The notes beneath the pieces were generated by a model. The model was not told the origin of the DNA. It saw only the letters and a list, made by a program, of their open reading frames with translations, and ran no database searches. From assembly GCA_964016885.1 (NCBI GenBank), contig OZ024744.1, positions 82,584,001-82,648,000 of the forward strand: 64,000 nt of DNA. The letters are read 5' to 3'. Below, piece after piece: positions 41,105 to 55,371 of this stretch (the stretch's first letter is position 1; every line of letters begins with the position of its first letter). Position numbers and translations under genes: made by a program. This DNA is from Eledone cirrhosa. Lineage: Eukaryota.

Positions 41105-41789
41105 GCATGTGTACACAAATATAGTTGTAGTTTTAGCTATTATGTTATTTCTAAGTCCTTTTTTTATACATGTTTTCTATTTTTATTATACGATTAAATA
41201 TGATTGAATAACATAAAACGTAGCAAGTGACTATTTTTCAATAGACTTGTATTTTAAGTAGATATTTCAAACATACTTTATATATAAATACAGAACGATA
41301 TCTCCATACATTCAAAACCAACTACCGTGACAATAGAATTTTTTAAAAATAGGTTGGGGAAGAAGATAATATTAATGAAACGAAGAAATACAACAGAGGA
41401 CTTGAACCTAAAAGTCAACGAAAGCGGTCCATATCAAAAGGCCAGGCAACAAATAAAGCAATAGACCTGTAAGATCGTAAGTTCAATAGCAATAACGTAA
41501 AAAGAAAGTAAAATAAAACCTTGTGATGTCTACTAAAATCTTGTGATGCCTACTAAAATCTTTCCAACAGTTGCAAAGGAATTGTATCACTGACCAGGAT
41601 ACAGGGTTACGACGAAATTTTTGACACAACCAAGAAGTAAAAAAAAAAAAGAATGAATATAACAGTTTTTGTATTTTCATAAACAGCTAAAATTACTCTT
41701 CCACGATGTTATGTATGTATGTATGTATGTATGTATGTATGTATGTATGTATGTATGTATGTATGTATGTATGTATGTATGCATCTGTC

Positions 41790-41823
<34 letters not shown>

Positions 41824-41919
41824 TGTATGTATGTATGTATGTATGTATGGGAGAGATGACCCCTTTGTATGTATGTATGTATGTATGTATGTATGTATGT
41901 ATGTATGTATGTATGTATG

Positions 41920-42125
41920 GGAGAGATGACCCCTTAGCCTTTGTCAAGGCAGAATTCTAGGAGAAGGATAACTCTGATATAATACCTGCAACCCTGATGG
42001 TATCCAATGATGTTGACTTGGTCTTCTTTTTGGTAAATATCATCTTGGTTAAGAGAGTGGGACTGGCTTTGTGCAGTGCCTTTGCTCACTATAAAAGCTT
42101 CACGGCACAGGCATTGCTTTATATC
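41920..42125 (+). mobile_element. RTE-type 5' UTR-like repeat; related copy at 60025-60242(-)
   Basis: ctaggagaaggataactctgatataatacc resembles RTE 5' UTRs; both copies start next to (TATG)n. Confidence 0.5.
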
Positions 42126-42339
42126 TGGAGATCTCTCTGCACTTGTCGTCACTTGGTACCATGGGCCCAGCACTATGTGTCAATAATTGTCACAAGTGTA
42201 GTGTTTGTACCAGAGTTTTCAATACGCTGGCTGGACTAAAAAGTCACACTTGTTCAGGGCATCGGTAGGAGTTCTCCTACATGGATATAAAGTAGTGGCC
42301 GTACTCGAAAACGAGTTGGCAGCCACCATGTATGTATGT

Positions 42340-42712
42340 ATGTTATCTCTTTCTCTTAATTTCGAGTATATTTTTGACCGGCCACCTTCCTAGTGGCAAG
42401 GGTGTAAAAGAAAAGAAATTGTCATCCCTTGAATCGCAAGAATGTTTTGCAAATTTTGAAGGTGCCAGCTATCGCAGCCATTTGTAGACTATGAATTAGG
42501 AAGCTGCGCTCTTTGTCCGCAAATCCAAGTTCAGTTATACATTGGTCCAAGCAGATTGGTATATAACCCATAGCTCCAATAATGATGGGTATGAAGCTAA
42601 AGGTGTATCTTGGATACTGGATTTGTAAACTCTTCATCAATGGTCCGTAGATGTCCTCCTACTCCTGTATTTTTCTGACAACGTTTACATCGAGTGGGTA
42701 GCTGATCTCATT
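42340..42712 (-). mobile_element. 3' end of an RLE-type non-LTR retrotransposon (R4/NeSL-like)
   Basis: EISYPLDVNVVRKIQE*EDIYGPL...FIPIIIGAMGYIP...LQMAAIAGTFKICKTFL. Confidence 0.8.
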
Positions 42713-43159
42713 CTTCAACCAGTATCGTCATCACCCTTTCTTTCCTCCATCATCTCTAGTGCGTGACGTCATCATTCTTTCCTTCCTCAGTCGTCTCTAG
42801 TGTGTGACGCCATCACATACATACATACAGTGGAAGCTATGTATGTATGTATGTATGTATGTATGTATGTATGTATGTATGTATGTATGTATGTATGTAT
42901 GTATGTATGTATGTATGTATGTATGCATATATGTATGTCTCTGTCAGGTCACCAGTTGGTGCTACTGGTAACATGTATCCCAGTATAACCTGTCTCATGG
43001 TCGGGTCGTTGGCGACTAAACTGGCAACCCCACCAAGGTTTCTTGGTGGGGTTGCCAGTTTAATAAAATATTTAATAAAATATTATTAGAATGTTGAAAA
43101 CATTCTAATAATATTTTATTAAATATTATATATTATATATTATATATTATATTATATAA

Positions 43160-43348
43160 GGGCGGTGGATTGGCAGTATCGGTAGAGGGTTGGACACCAT
43201 ACTTTCCAGCATAGTTACGTCCCTTTACGATCTGAGTTCAAATCCCGCCGAGGTTGACTTTGCCTTTCATCCTTACGGGGTCGATAAAATAAAGTACCAG
43301 TAATGCACTGGGTAATTGCTTGCCCTGTGCCTAAAGTAGAAACAATTA
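43160..43348 (+). mobile_element. Full-length SINE family A
   Basis: A and B boxes and core; inserted in an (ATTAT)n tract. Confidence 0.93.
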
Positions 43349-44004
43349 TATATTATATATTATATAGATGCATATACATTTCTGTTCCTATCACAACGTT
43401 CCCTGAAGTAATTGGTACATAATTATAATATCAAAAACAGTCGGACTTTTGTTCCATCAATACCAATATTTAATTGGAAAGAAGCGGCAGTTTGGTGATA
43501 ATTGCTATTTTTAACTTCTTGTGGTGAAGTATTCTATTTCATTGACAGTTGGTGGTGTTTAAGTTTAATCATATACCTGGAAGGTATATGATTAAAGACA
43601 TTCAAATTATAAACATATCTTCTTTGTTTGTTTTTTACTCAGAATAAAGTATCAAACTTTCACATTATCTAAAGTTCATGTCGATATGGGTGTGATTTGA
43701 GTAATAATTGGCTGTTGTTGTAGCAAATATTGTGTCTCGTCGTTGTCTTGTCTATTCAATTAAATGTGGCGGTCAATAATTAGTTGTGTGTCTATGTGTC
43801 AGATTGCTAAGTATCATTGTTACAATGCAATTTAAAATGTCCCAATGCTAAACAATGTAATACGTATATAATGTTTATAGTTATAGACATTTTGTTAGAT
43901 ATCTATTTCCGTGTGTATACTTCGACACCATACTTTGTATTTTGTTCAGCATTTCAAAAGACTGTAAAAGTAAGTTTTATGTTTAACAATCAACAGAACG
44001 AGAT

Positions 44005-44160
44005 GTGATTTGGTAGAATCGTTTAGAGCGCAAGAGCGTGAATTGGTAGAATCGTTAGAGCGCAAGATTTGTGATATTTGTTTCGGCTCTCTGCACTCTT
44101 AGTTCAAATTCTGCCAAACTTAACCTTGCTTTTAGTCTTTTAGGATCGATAGAATAACTT
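44005..44160 (+). mobile_element. Old diverged SINE family A relative
   Basis: tggtagaatcgttagagc (duplicated), agttcaaattctgcc, ttgcttttagtcttttaggatcgat. Confidence 0.6.
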
Positions 44161-44682
44161 ATTAATCCAGACGGAATTCTTTTGCAGTATTTGTTTCGGG
44201 CATTTCCATTCTGAATTAAAATCCTGCTAAATTGTACTTGGGTGATTGACTTAATCCGTCACCCTGCATAACACCACCACCTTTGGGGGCATTAAAAAAT
44301 GTCCATTCTGATGCAACATTCAGGCCAGATCACCGGTTTGAGGACACCAGCTTTTCTATTTCTCCAATAGCATCGGGGTTTCTGTAAAATGCCATGGGTG
44401 GCTCTGTTCGGACTAAACTGTAAAGTAAAAAAAATTGTGCGATAGTGTAAACATTCCTCAGATACACGGGGATAAATTAGAATTTCTTTTGCTTTTGTAT
44501 CAGAAGGTGTAGATATACTGAATATACCAGGTATTGAATGTATTTTCCGTGAAACAGATATTTATTGCCATCAACCGAAGATAGCTTAGTTAGATACACG
44601 AGTGCTTTTATTAGGTATTTTCCAATAAATGGGTTTAATGTAGCGTTTTGGTAATTGCATTCAAATAAGCGGTCTGACTTAC

Positions 44683-44783
44683 CCTCATGTGCATTCTTCT
44701 TTCTATTATCTGTAGCAATTAGAAAGGTGATGCTATCGGAGCATTTATGATTAACCTTTACGTTGCTTTTATTCAACAACTTT
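44683..44783 (-). other. Candidate 101-nt host exon
   Basis: Acceptor cattttacag, donor G|GTAAGT; one open frame KLLNKSNVKVNHKCSDSITFLIATDNRKKNAHE; non-repetitive context. Confidence 0.35.
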
Positions 44784-45226
44784 CTGTAAAATGGTTGATA
44801 CGGAAATATTTGATTATCAACGCTTAGAAATTTCTATCTGGGTGGGAGCGTTGACCCATATAAATTTGATTTTAATTTAATGAACATGTTTTCTTATTAT
44901 TTTCTTTGTACATGTTTTCATGAGTAGAGAGAAGTGTATGTAAATGTAGGTAAAAATGATTACCAGAACTTATGTATACCAAAACATATTTACATCGTGA
45001 TTACTAGTTAAATATAACAGTAATTATATTAACATTTAACTAGATATATAATTAAAAGTCGTTATTGATAATACATAAAAATAAAATGGTTCAAATCAAA
45101 GTGCTATGCATAAATTAGTTATCCTAATGAAGGCCAGTTCTAGAGTGATGCAGCTAAACCGCATATACTGACGGACGTCTACAGGTTTGTAATCATATTT
45201 TCCTTGCAGATAAATAGCACACACAC

Positions 45227-46260
<1,034 letters not shown>

Positions 46261-46382
46261 CCCAAACATATATATATATATATATAAAACAATAGTAAAA
46301 AAGGAAAAAAACACAGTAGAAAATGCTAGAGGGATTCTTTTAGAATAGCATCAAAGCATTTAATTACAAAGTAGGGATTTCC

Positions 46383-46413
<31 letters not shown>

Positions 46414-46904
46414 CACACGTGGTGGGGTTAGAAGGGAGACAACCCCTAGTCTTGGCGGATGAATTCAGTATGTGTGGTTATTGCAAAATTGCAAGATATC
46501 ACAAAACGAATTAAGCTCTCGACAGAATAGTTTTTTAAAATTAACATAAGCTATTAATCAGTCAATATAATTAACTAAAAAAAATCAAAAAAATTAACTG
46601 GTTAATAGCTAGACTCTGGAGATTAATACAAATATAAATTAGCGTGAATCGCATTTCGGCTATTGGAAATTAGCGAAAAACAACTTCCGAGATGTGTGGC
46701 AAGCGCTCCATAGAAACGAGTGAACTAGAGCAACAACATTCGTTAAAAGGCCAAACACACTAAGACGATGGTTAAACCATTAACCGCAAAGCCATAGAAA
46801 CGACCAAGCTATTCGGGTCAAACAAATAATAAAATATGATTGAAAATTATACACGGACCCCCGGAAACGGTGGTAAAATCCAATATGGGGTTTCTGCAAC
46901 TCCT

Positions 46905-48215
46905 AAATCAGGTACTGTCTCCTAGATACCTTGCCAGGACACGTAAACAGCTCCGAAGAGATGTTGGAGCGCCTGCATCAAATGGATACCGATACCAGAA
47001 AGGCTAACAGATATGCCTTCAGCCTTGATGTAGTCACTCTTTACACCTCGGTCCCGGCACTCCCGGCCGTTGATATACTGATGGAACGCGTCCAATCTAC
47101 CTACCTACACTGCTTCGGGCTCACCACCACTGACATCTACCAACTGCTATCCATCGTCGTTGACAACACATACTTCGGATTTCTCGACCAAACATACCAG
47201 AAAACCTCGGGACTGCCCATGGGCTTAAGCCTGTCGGGTTTGCTAGCGATCTCATACATGGACAGCTTCGAGCGCAAGGCACTCAACACCTTCCACCCCA
47301 ACACTGTTGCCTTTTTCTCAAGGTACGTGTACGATATCCTCATCCTCACATCTTCCCAGGAGATGGCGAGCAGAATCTATGAGACGTTCAACAACACGGA
47401 CGAGAACATTGATTTCAGTGTTGAACACCCCAGCGATGACGGGTCACTTGCCCTCCTCGACTTCCGAATCAACATCACGTAACAGGGAGGGATCCACACC
47501 AACTTCTACCGCAAGGTAGCCTGCAGGGACCTGTTCGTCCACTACAAGTCCGCACTCCCTAACAGTGCCAAAAGAGGGTACGCCACGAACGAGATCACGC
47601 GAATTAAAAACAGATCCAGCGATCCTGCGAGTGGTGTCACCCATACCAAGCGATTCCTCAAAGTGCTGGAGACGAACGGGTACCCTGCCTCACTCACAAA
47701 CAGAATAAGAGACACCAGACGCAAGAGGCAGAGAAACACAAAAGGCAAGTGTTTCCTTAAAATACCACACCTGAGCGAGAATACCACCAACGCTATCCGC
47801 AGGAAGGGCCTCGACATCCACCTGGCTCACTCGGGCCCCTCCCTGCGAAGATGCCTCTCAAGGAAACCCGGGAAATCGACTGACGCGTGCTCCCGCAGAA
47901 ACTGCCCGATGCGCCATACGAACTGTTGCCTACGCACATACGTCGTGTATAAGGTGACAAGTGCAACTACTACTATATCGGTAGCACAATCCGGCCGCTA
48001 CACATCCGGATCAAGGAGCACATCAACACCAGGGCCTCGTCTTTCCGGAAACACATAACCAAGTACGAAAACAAAGACGGAAGACCCATTGTCACAGTGC
48101 TAGCGACAGAACGTAACGTCGGCACGTTACGAATCAAGGAAGAACTTTGGATCAAACGCCTAGGGTCACAAATAAATAACCGATCCGAGAGAAGTGAAAT
48201 GTGGTGGTTGGTTTA
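46905..48215 (+). mobile_element. 5'-truncated Penelope-like element (YVDD-type RT, GIY-YIG), decayed; terminal region extends to about 49080
   Basis: FSLDVVTLYTSVP, GLPMGLSLSGLLA, RYVYDIL, FSVEHP, LALLD, FYRK, HYKSALP, NGYP, VVYKVT...YIGSTIRPLHIRIKEH. Confidence 0.92.
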
Positions 48216-48722
48216 AACAAACGAGGCAACAACACACGCACACGCACACACACACAAGCGAGACAACAACACACGCACACACACACACAGTAGCATTCAC
48301 CCAACAGGCAGACGAACTGGGTTGATTTAAACAAACGAGACAACACACGCACACACACACACACACACAGTAGCATTCACCAAACAGGCAGGGAATACCA
48401 CCACCACACGAATACACTATACAACACTGTTAATACAGAAACCAGCACAGACAGATAATACAATGGATTGACAGCTAACGTCACCCCACTCCCACAACAA
48501 AAGAACTATTTCGGCCGTCGACCTCTGCTTGACCGAACTTATTTCGCGCGCGTGCGCTCTGATGAATACCTCAGATATTCAAAACAACGAACAGCAGAGG
48601 ACACGTATCGCTCCTCTCCGACAGATAACCCCCCCCCCCCAATTGATGGATGTGAGTCCGAAATATAGGGAAAATTAAATCTCTCCCAAGATAACTCTAT
48701 CTCGTGTTATTATTTTTATATA

Positions 48723-48912
48723 GGGCGGTGAATTGGCAGTATCGGTAGAGGGTTGGACGCCATGCTTTGATGCATAGAGTTACGTCCCTTTATGATCTGA
48801 GTTCAAATCCCGTCTAGGTTAACTTTGCCTTTCATCCTTACGGGGTCGATAAAATAAAGTACCAATAATGCACTGGGATAATTGCTGGCCTTGTGCCAAA
48901 AGTAGAAACAGT
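48723..48912 (+). mobile_element. Full-length SINE family A with TSD gttattatttttat
   Basis: A and B boxes, core and TSD. Confidence 0.92.
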
Positions 48913-49401
48913 TATTATTTTTATTTTTATTTTTATTTTTTACGCTCTTTCCTACGGTCTTCTACACACTATACATCTCATTCTACATTCACTTACATCT
49001 CTCTCTTCACCACCGGATCTTGTTACTCGGAGAATTACCCATCTGCAGTGTTGAGGTTTCCAAAACGACCAAAAGAAAAAAAATATATATATATAAAACA
49101 TTATTCAAAATATTAACAAATTAAGGATATTTACATCATCATCATATATGCTTTATTATATATATTTCAAAGGTATTGTGTTGTTTTTTCAGTACGTCTT
49201 TATCAGATAAAATATATCATTTGATATATGACATACGGCTACGGTCTTGATTATACAATTCCAGTATTGGCAGTGAATATCATTCATTTGTTAATACTTT
49301 GAATAATATTAAAAACTCCAGGAAAACCTCTTCTTGAGTGCTATTAATCTATTGTAAAATTGTATTCATTGAGTAATCAACGAACCATATTAATCTTTGG
49401 T

Positions 49402-49479
<78 letters not shown>

Positions 49480-49482
<3 letters not shown>

Positions 49483-52400
49483 GAGTTAAACAAGATTCTA
49501 CGGTAAAATAATTTTCCAGAGTTATTAAAATTAAAATACAAATATTAATAAAATAGATGTTCTTTTGATCAATTACAGTTTATTATACATATTTCGGATG
49601 TACACCAGTACGTCCTCCTCAGACAAAATATAATGATACATGACATACCCTGAGATGTTAAATGGTTAAGATTTAATCAAGGTAGTGATTAACCTAAGAG
49701 AAAGTTTAACATTTATACCCTAATAATGAGAAAATGCGAAAACGTAATAAATTCAATAGAGAATGTGTGAGTAAGAAAAACGTTGCTTAAAATGTATGAT
49801 ACTACAATTTATGTTTAAAACAGTCAATGAGAGCCACTGGAATAGGATATATAGAGAGGGAAAGATAAGTGGTAATATATGTAGAAGGAGATTTTCCGAA
49901 AGTTAAACTAAGTTTGAAAATATATAATTTATGCTATTTTAGGGTGAAGAATCAAGATTTTAGGTTTTTTTTTGGGGGGGGGGGGTTTATAGGGACGACA
50001 TTTTATTTACCGTGGTCAAACACAACAATATAGAACTAAATAGAGTAAAGAAAAGTATAATAGAATTCTTTAAAATGTACGACCTTAAATTAGAAGTAGA
50101 AATGGTACCAAAATAGTTAATTTCCTAGACGTTACCTTTAACTTAAACACTGGCTTCTATTACCCATTTCATAAGTCCTATGAAAACTTAAACTATGTTA
50201 GTAACCATTCCAATCACCCTAAATCTGTAAAAAAAAGCTATAGTAAATAGTGTGAAAAAACGAATTAATAAAATATCAGCCAATAAAGCTATATTCGATG
50301 AAAACGCTGAATACTAAAACAACGCGTTAAAAAGAGCAGGTAATATGAATTATATAGAATATGTAGATAATAATAATCCAAGTATTAATCTTAATAAAAA
50401 TAATAACATATATAAGATAAACTCTAATAATTATAATTCGAAACCTCATACGCCAAATAAATCTAGGATAAGAACTAGAACTAAATCAGTCATATGGTTA
50501 GCCCCCACCCCACCCCTGCTTCGGTCGCAGTTAAAACAACAATTGCAAAATTATTCTTTAACGCTTTGGACACCCCTTTCCCTACTCAACATAAATACCA
50601 TTCCATTTTTAATAGACATACCATTAAATTCTCGTATTCTACAACTATGAACATGGCCCAAAACATTGCCAAATTAAACACTAAAATAAAACAAAACCAG
50701 CATAATGATCTTAATAATAGAATTAACATAAATGATACTAAACCAAAATGTAATTGTAGAAATAAAACTGATTGCCCTTTGCAAGATAATTGTCTAGATA
50801 GTAACTTGGTTTATAAATGCTCCGTAAAAACTGATCACAACACATACAACTACATAGGATCGACTTCTTCTACATTTAAAGCCAGATTTGCGAACCATAA
50901 ATTCTCTTTCTCGAACTCTAAGTGGAAATCATCCATGTCTTTATCACAGCTCATATGGTCATTAAAAGTGAGGAATTTAAAATACTCCATTCTGTGGACT
51001 AAACTTCGGAACTGTGGAGTTTACGCAACTCTAGTATATCAAATAACTGCGCGCTCTGTACAATGGAGACCCTGTTGATTATTAATAACTATGAGACCCT
51101 AATTAACAAAAGAAGTGAATTATTCTCTAGTTGCCTCCACAAAGCTACGTCCACATTCTTAGCCTCCCACAAAACGAGAAAAAAAGAGAGAGAAACACTT
51201 AACCATTAAAAACTTGGTTGTCAGACGTATATAATCAACAGGGAAAAACATTAATGGCCTTTAATATTGCATTATCTTATAACTATCTTTAGAAGAAATA
51301 ACGCTCGAATGAAAGACACTTGTTCAATAACATGCCGGAACATTGATATACATAACATAATATTATTAACTTTGATCCATACCATTATTTCTTTATTTTT
51401 CTAACTTTATCTTCCTATCTAAGTTTTAAATTTTAGTTTAATATCCAACCCATACATTTTTACGGAACTTATTTCTAACTGTGAATCTTTCATGTGTTTT
51501 TGATCTCTTATTTATAATATGCATGTAATTATATTTTCTACGTTTTTTAAAAAAATATAGCTAACTGCATTTTTATATCCATGATTCAAATATAGAGCAA
51601 ATATATAAACTATAAATTATTATAGATCTTATTTTGAACTCTGAATTATCCATGCATTTATTATTGCTTTTCTTATATATATATATGTATTTAACTATAA
51701 CACGTTCGAACTTTATTATATAAAATTATAACCGTTATCATTTACCTAAAGTATACTATATCAATAATACCTAATTTATATCCATATATACTTCCCTGTA
51801 TCTTTCTATACATAATTTTTAGTTAACTTCTAAATTTCTTGATTATTATTTATTTCGAACTATGAATAATTAATGCAGTTACACCCTGTTATATATAGGT
51901 ATATATTTAACTTTAGCATGCCTCAATCTATTATTTTATTTTTATTTTCGTTATCATTTACCTAAAATATACTGGCTCATTAATATATATCTATATACAT
52001 AAGTACTTCATGAGATTTACATACCATATATGTTGACAATGATTATCTGCGGTAAAGTTTACATTTAGCAAAATATTCAACAGCGTAAACTTTCCTCTCC
52101 GCTGGCCAGCTAAATCCTTTATATATTATCCTCATAAAATTCCGAAGTTTAGAAATGTTAACACACTTATAGAATTTACAACACTAATAAATATAAATAA
52201 CCAGCAATTAAAAAAAAACAACAAAAAAACCACCTAAAATCTTGATTCTTCACCCTAAAATAGCATAAATTAAATATTTTCAAACTTAACCGTTTAACTT
52301 TCGGAAAATCTCCTTCTACATATATTACCCCTTATCTTTCCCTCTCTATATATCATATTCCAGTGGCTCTCATTGACTGTTTTGCCAGATAAACATAAAT

Positions 52401-52700
52401 TGTAGTATCATACATTTTAAAATCTCTATAACTGTTACATTAAGCAACATTTTTCTTACTCACACATTCTCTATTGAAATTATTACGTTTTCGCATTTTC
52501 TCATTATTAGGGTATAAATGTTAAACTTTCTCTTAGGTTAATCACTACGTTGATTAAATCTTAACCATTTAACATCTCACGGTATGTCATGTATCATTAT
52601 ATTTTGTCTGAGGAGGACGTACTGTTGTACATCCGAAATATGTATAATAAAATGTAATTGATCAAAAGAACATCTATTTTATTAATATTTGTATTTTAAT
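49480..52700 (+). mobile_element. 5'-truncated Naiad-like Penelope element with inverted 5' pLTR (49530-49972) and 3' pLTR (52225-52700)
   Basis: Coding remnant 49980-51210: GGVYRDDIL, VNFLDVTF, SNHP, HKYHSIFNRHTIKFSYS, CNCRNKTDCPLQDNC, LVYKC...YIGST...RFANHKFSF; ~440-bp inverted termini; (TA)n flanks. Confidence 0.92.
52596..52658 (+). ncRNA. Type I hammerhead ribozyme in the 3' pLTR (mirror copy at 49571-49635 minus)
   Basis: AUUAUAUUUUGU-CUGAGGA-GGACGUAC uguu GUACAUCC-GAAA-UAUGUA-UA^AUAAAAUGUAAU; 12-bp stem I. Confidence 0.85.
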
Positions 52701-52837
52701 ATATATATATTTGTATATGTATGTGTGTGTATATATATATGTATATGTATGTAAAAAGTAAACAGAAATAACAAAAAAAATGGCGCAGTACATGTAATAA
52801 ATATATTATTGTAATGCTTGAAATAACAGGAAGACGG

Positions 52838-52873
52838 TCTTCACGTTTCGGACGCTAGTCCTTCATCAGAAGA
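52838..52873 (-). ncRNA. Minimal hammerhead motif with non-cleavable GUG site
   Basis: UCUU-CUGAUGA-aGGAC uagc GUCC-GAAA-CG-UG-AAGA. Confidence 0.65.
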
Positions 52874-53177
52874 ATGAATTTTAAATATATGTATGTATTT
52901 GAGGGACGGGTGTAATTGAAAGAATGTGTGTGTATTTTTGTCTATATGTATATTATATGTTAGGAAGCACATCTTTCGATCTTAAACAGTTTCAATAGCA
53001 AAATGAGAAATACTTTTCCGTCGGACTCCTTATTCTATAATAGTATCAACACTCTTCTTTCCTTAAATATGGAGTGCTAACTTGTAACATTTCGTCTATC
53101 TATATACATACACACGTATACACAGACACCACACACACACTCACACGTACACATACACACATAAAACCTCAGCTGCT

Positions 53178-53530
53178 GACCCTGGTACTTATTTTCGGCT
53201 GAACGTACTGGAGTAATGAGAACTGAAGTGTCTTGCTCAAGGACAAAGCGTCACCAGGTTTAAGAACGTAACTCATAATCCCAAACCATTAGAACATACA
53301 CCCTCACTAAGAAGTAATATGATTTCTGATTTAGGGACAAGATAAGCAATTTAGGGGAGGGGTAAATCGGTTATATTGAGCTCAGTGCTTGACAGGTACT
53401 CTATTTTATCGACATCGGAAGGGTGAACGGCAATGGTGACCTCTGTGCGATTGACCTTAGAACGCATACAGCCAGTACAAATACAGCTAAACATTTTGGC
53501 CGATGCTCTAACGATTCTACCTATCTACCT
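53178..53530 (-). mobile_element. Two old SINEs (family B at 53178-53310, family A relative at 53322-53530)
   Basis: Reverse complements contain ccttgagcaagacac and gtcgataaaatagagtacc. Confidence 0.7.
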
Positions 53531-53533
53531 CAT

Positions 53534-53745
53534 TCCCACGGTCGTTCCCTTGGCAGTGGAGATTTTTGGGGCCCTTGGCCCTAGGGCTACCACCCTACTC
53601 AGGCGCTGAGCTGGCCAGCCACAGGTGTGAGCCCCACGAGTTGGAATGGCTCTACCAGCGCATCTCTCTTACCATCCTCCGGGGAAACGTCTCCTCCACT
53701 CCATTCTGTCGGCCGGGACGTGGGGGTGCCAGCACCTGGGACCCC
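53534..53745 (+). mobile_element. CRE-like non-LTR element 3' fragment
   Basis: VVPLAVEIFGALGP...EPHELEWLYQRISLTILRGNV, matching the C-terminal QRIS..I.RGN motif of CRE-clade endonuclease domains. Confidence 0.8.
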
Positions 53746-54419
53746 ATTTGCTTACAATACAGAGAGATGGGGAGGGCGAGAGAGATAGAGGCGATGACAG
53801 TGGGAGTTCGGCTCTTCCACGTTCGGACCATATCCTTGTGGTTGTGTTCATTAAGCAGTTAACGAGTCTGTTTATGTATTCTATGTGTGCATCAATGGTG
53901 TTTAATCCCCCTTTGTGAGTGAAACACATGTATTGAAAATAAACCGCAATGAAGACAAAAATAACCCCAACCAAGAAGTTATATGATGAAACAAAATAGT
54001 ATTATTTCAACGCAATACTCTATTCCATATATGGCGTATAAATATCCCTCCTCCAGAAATATCTTGTTTATCGACTTCGTCGACTTTTTCGATCTAGTAT
54101 CGAGTAGTTATGTCTGTCTATCTAGTAGATTTGTACTTTATGTCAAACTAACGAGCCAATAAATAACAGACATTTGACTGACTATAAAACATGTCATTCT
54201 TACCATAATATTTGTGACTATAATATTGTCAGAAATGGAAATATATGAGGATTATTTGTTTCCATGATTCAGCAATGTTTCTGACTAAAGAGCGTTTGAA
54301 AAATTGAAAAATATATATAAATTCGAAATCATTGGTGTGTTTAGAGGACGATTTAAAGAGAATCATTGTTTACTTAATCACACATGATATTATAATCATT
54401 GCAATGGTTAACTTAGTCA

Positions 54420-54910
54420 TGCATACATCTACACACACATCATACAACACCACTGAAACACACCATACGCACACATACATACACACACATTCATACGCAC
54501 ACATACATACGCACACACACATACTTACGCACACACACATATACAAACATCCACACACATACACACACAAATACACATATACACACACACATACACACAC
54601 ACATACACAAACACGTACACACACCACACACGTACATACATCTCACACAAATACACATGTACATACACACATGCACACACATACACACACACATACACAC
54701 ACATACACGCATACGCACACACATCACACACGTACATACACATCACACCCGCACATACACAGACATACATGCACAAATACTCGTATGCATACACATATAC
54801 ACACATACACACACATACACACACATACACACACATACACACATACACGCATACACAAACAAATACACATATACACACACAAACACACACAAACACAAAC
54901 ATACACACAC

Positions 54911-54945
<35 letters not shown>

Positions 54946-54995
54946 TCCCGCACGTACATACACAGATATACACCCCCTCCCAACATATACACGCA
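54420..54995. repeat. Degenerate (CA)/(CATACA)n tract
   Basis: Direct reading. Confidence 0.9.
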
Positions 54996-55371
54996 TGTGT
55001 ATGTTGTACTGTATATGCAACTTTGTCTGTTGTGTGGTGTGGTGTGATGTGTGTGTGGTGTGGTCTATGTGTGTGTGGTGTGGTCTATGTGTAAGTATAC
55101 TGTATACGCGCATGCGGGTTGTTTGTGTAAAAATAATATCGATGCATTAAACAAAGTGCTCAATACATGAATGTAGAGGTGATTATTCTAAACATAAAAA
55201 ATACAAATGTTTTGATCTCAATCTTTTCATATCCATCAATTTAAAACTTAACATATACATATACAGGGTGTCCAACGCATGCGCCTCCATTTGTTGATAA
55301 TAGTGAGAGATGGGGAAAGCGGGAGGGAGAGAGAGGCAGAGACAATGGCTGTTTGGTTCTTTTATTTTCGG

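Noticed and set aside
42950-43035. HDV-like ribozyme in an RTE-like 5' UTR
   Set aside because: P2- and P4-like pairings and a CUAA are visible, but I could not build P1 and P3.
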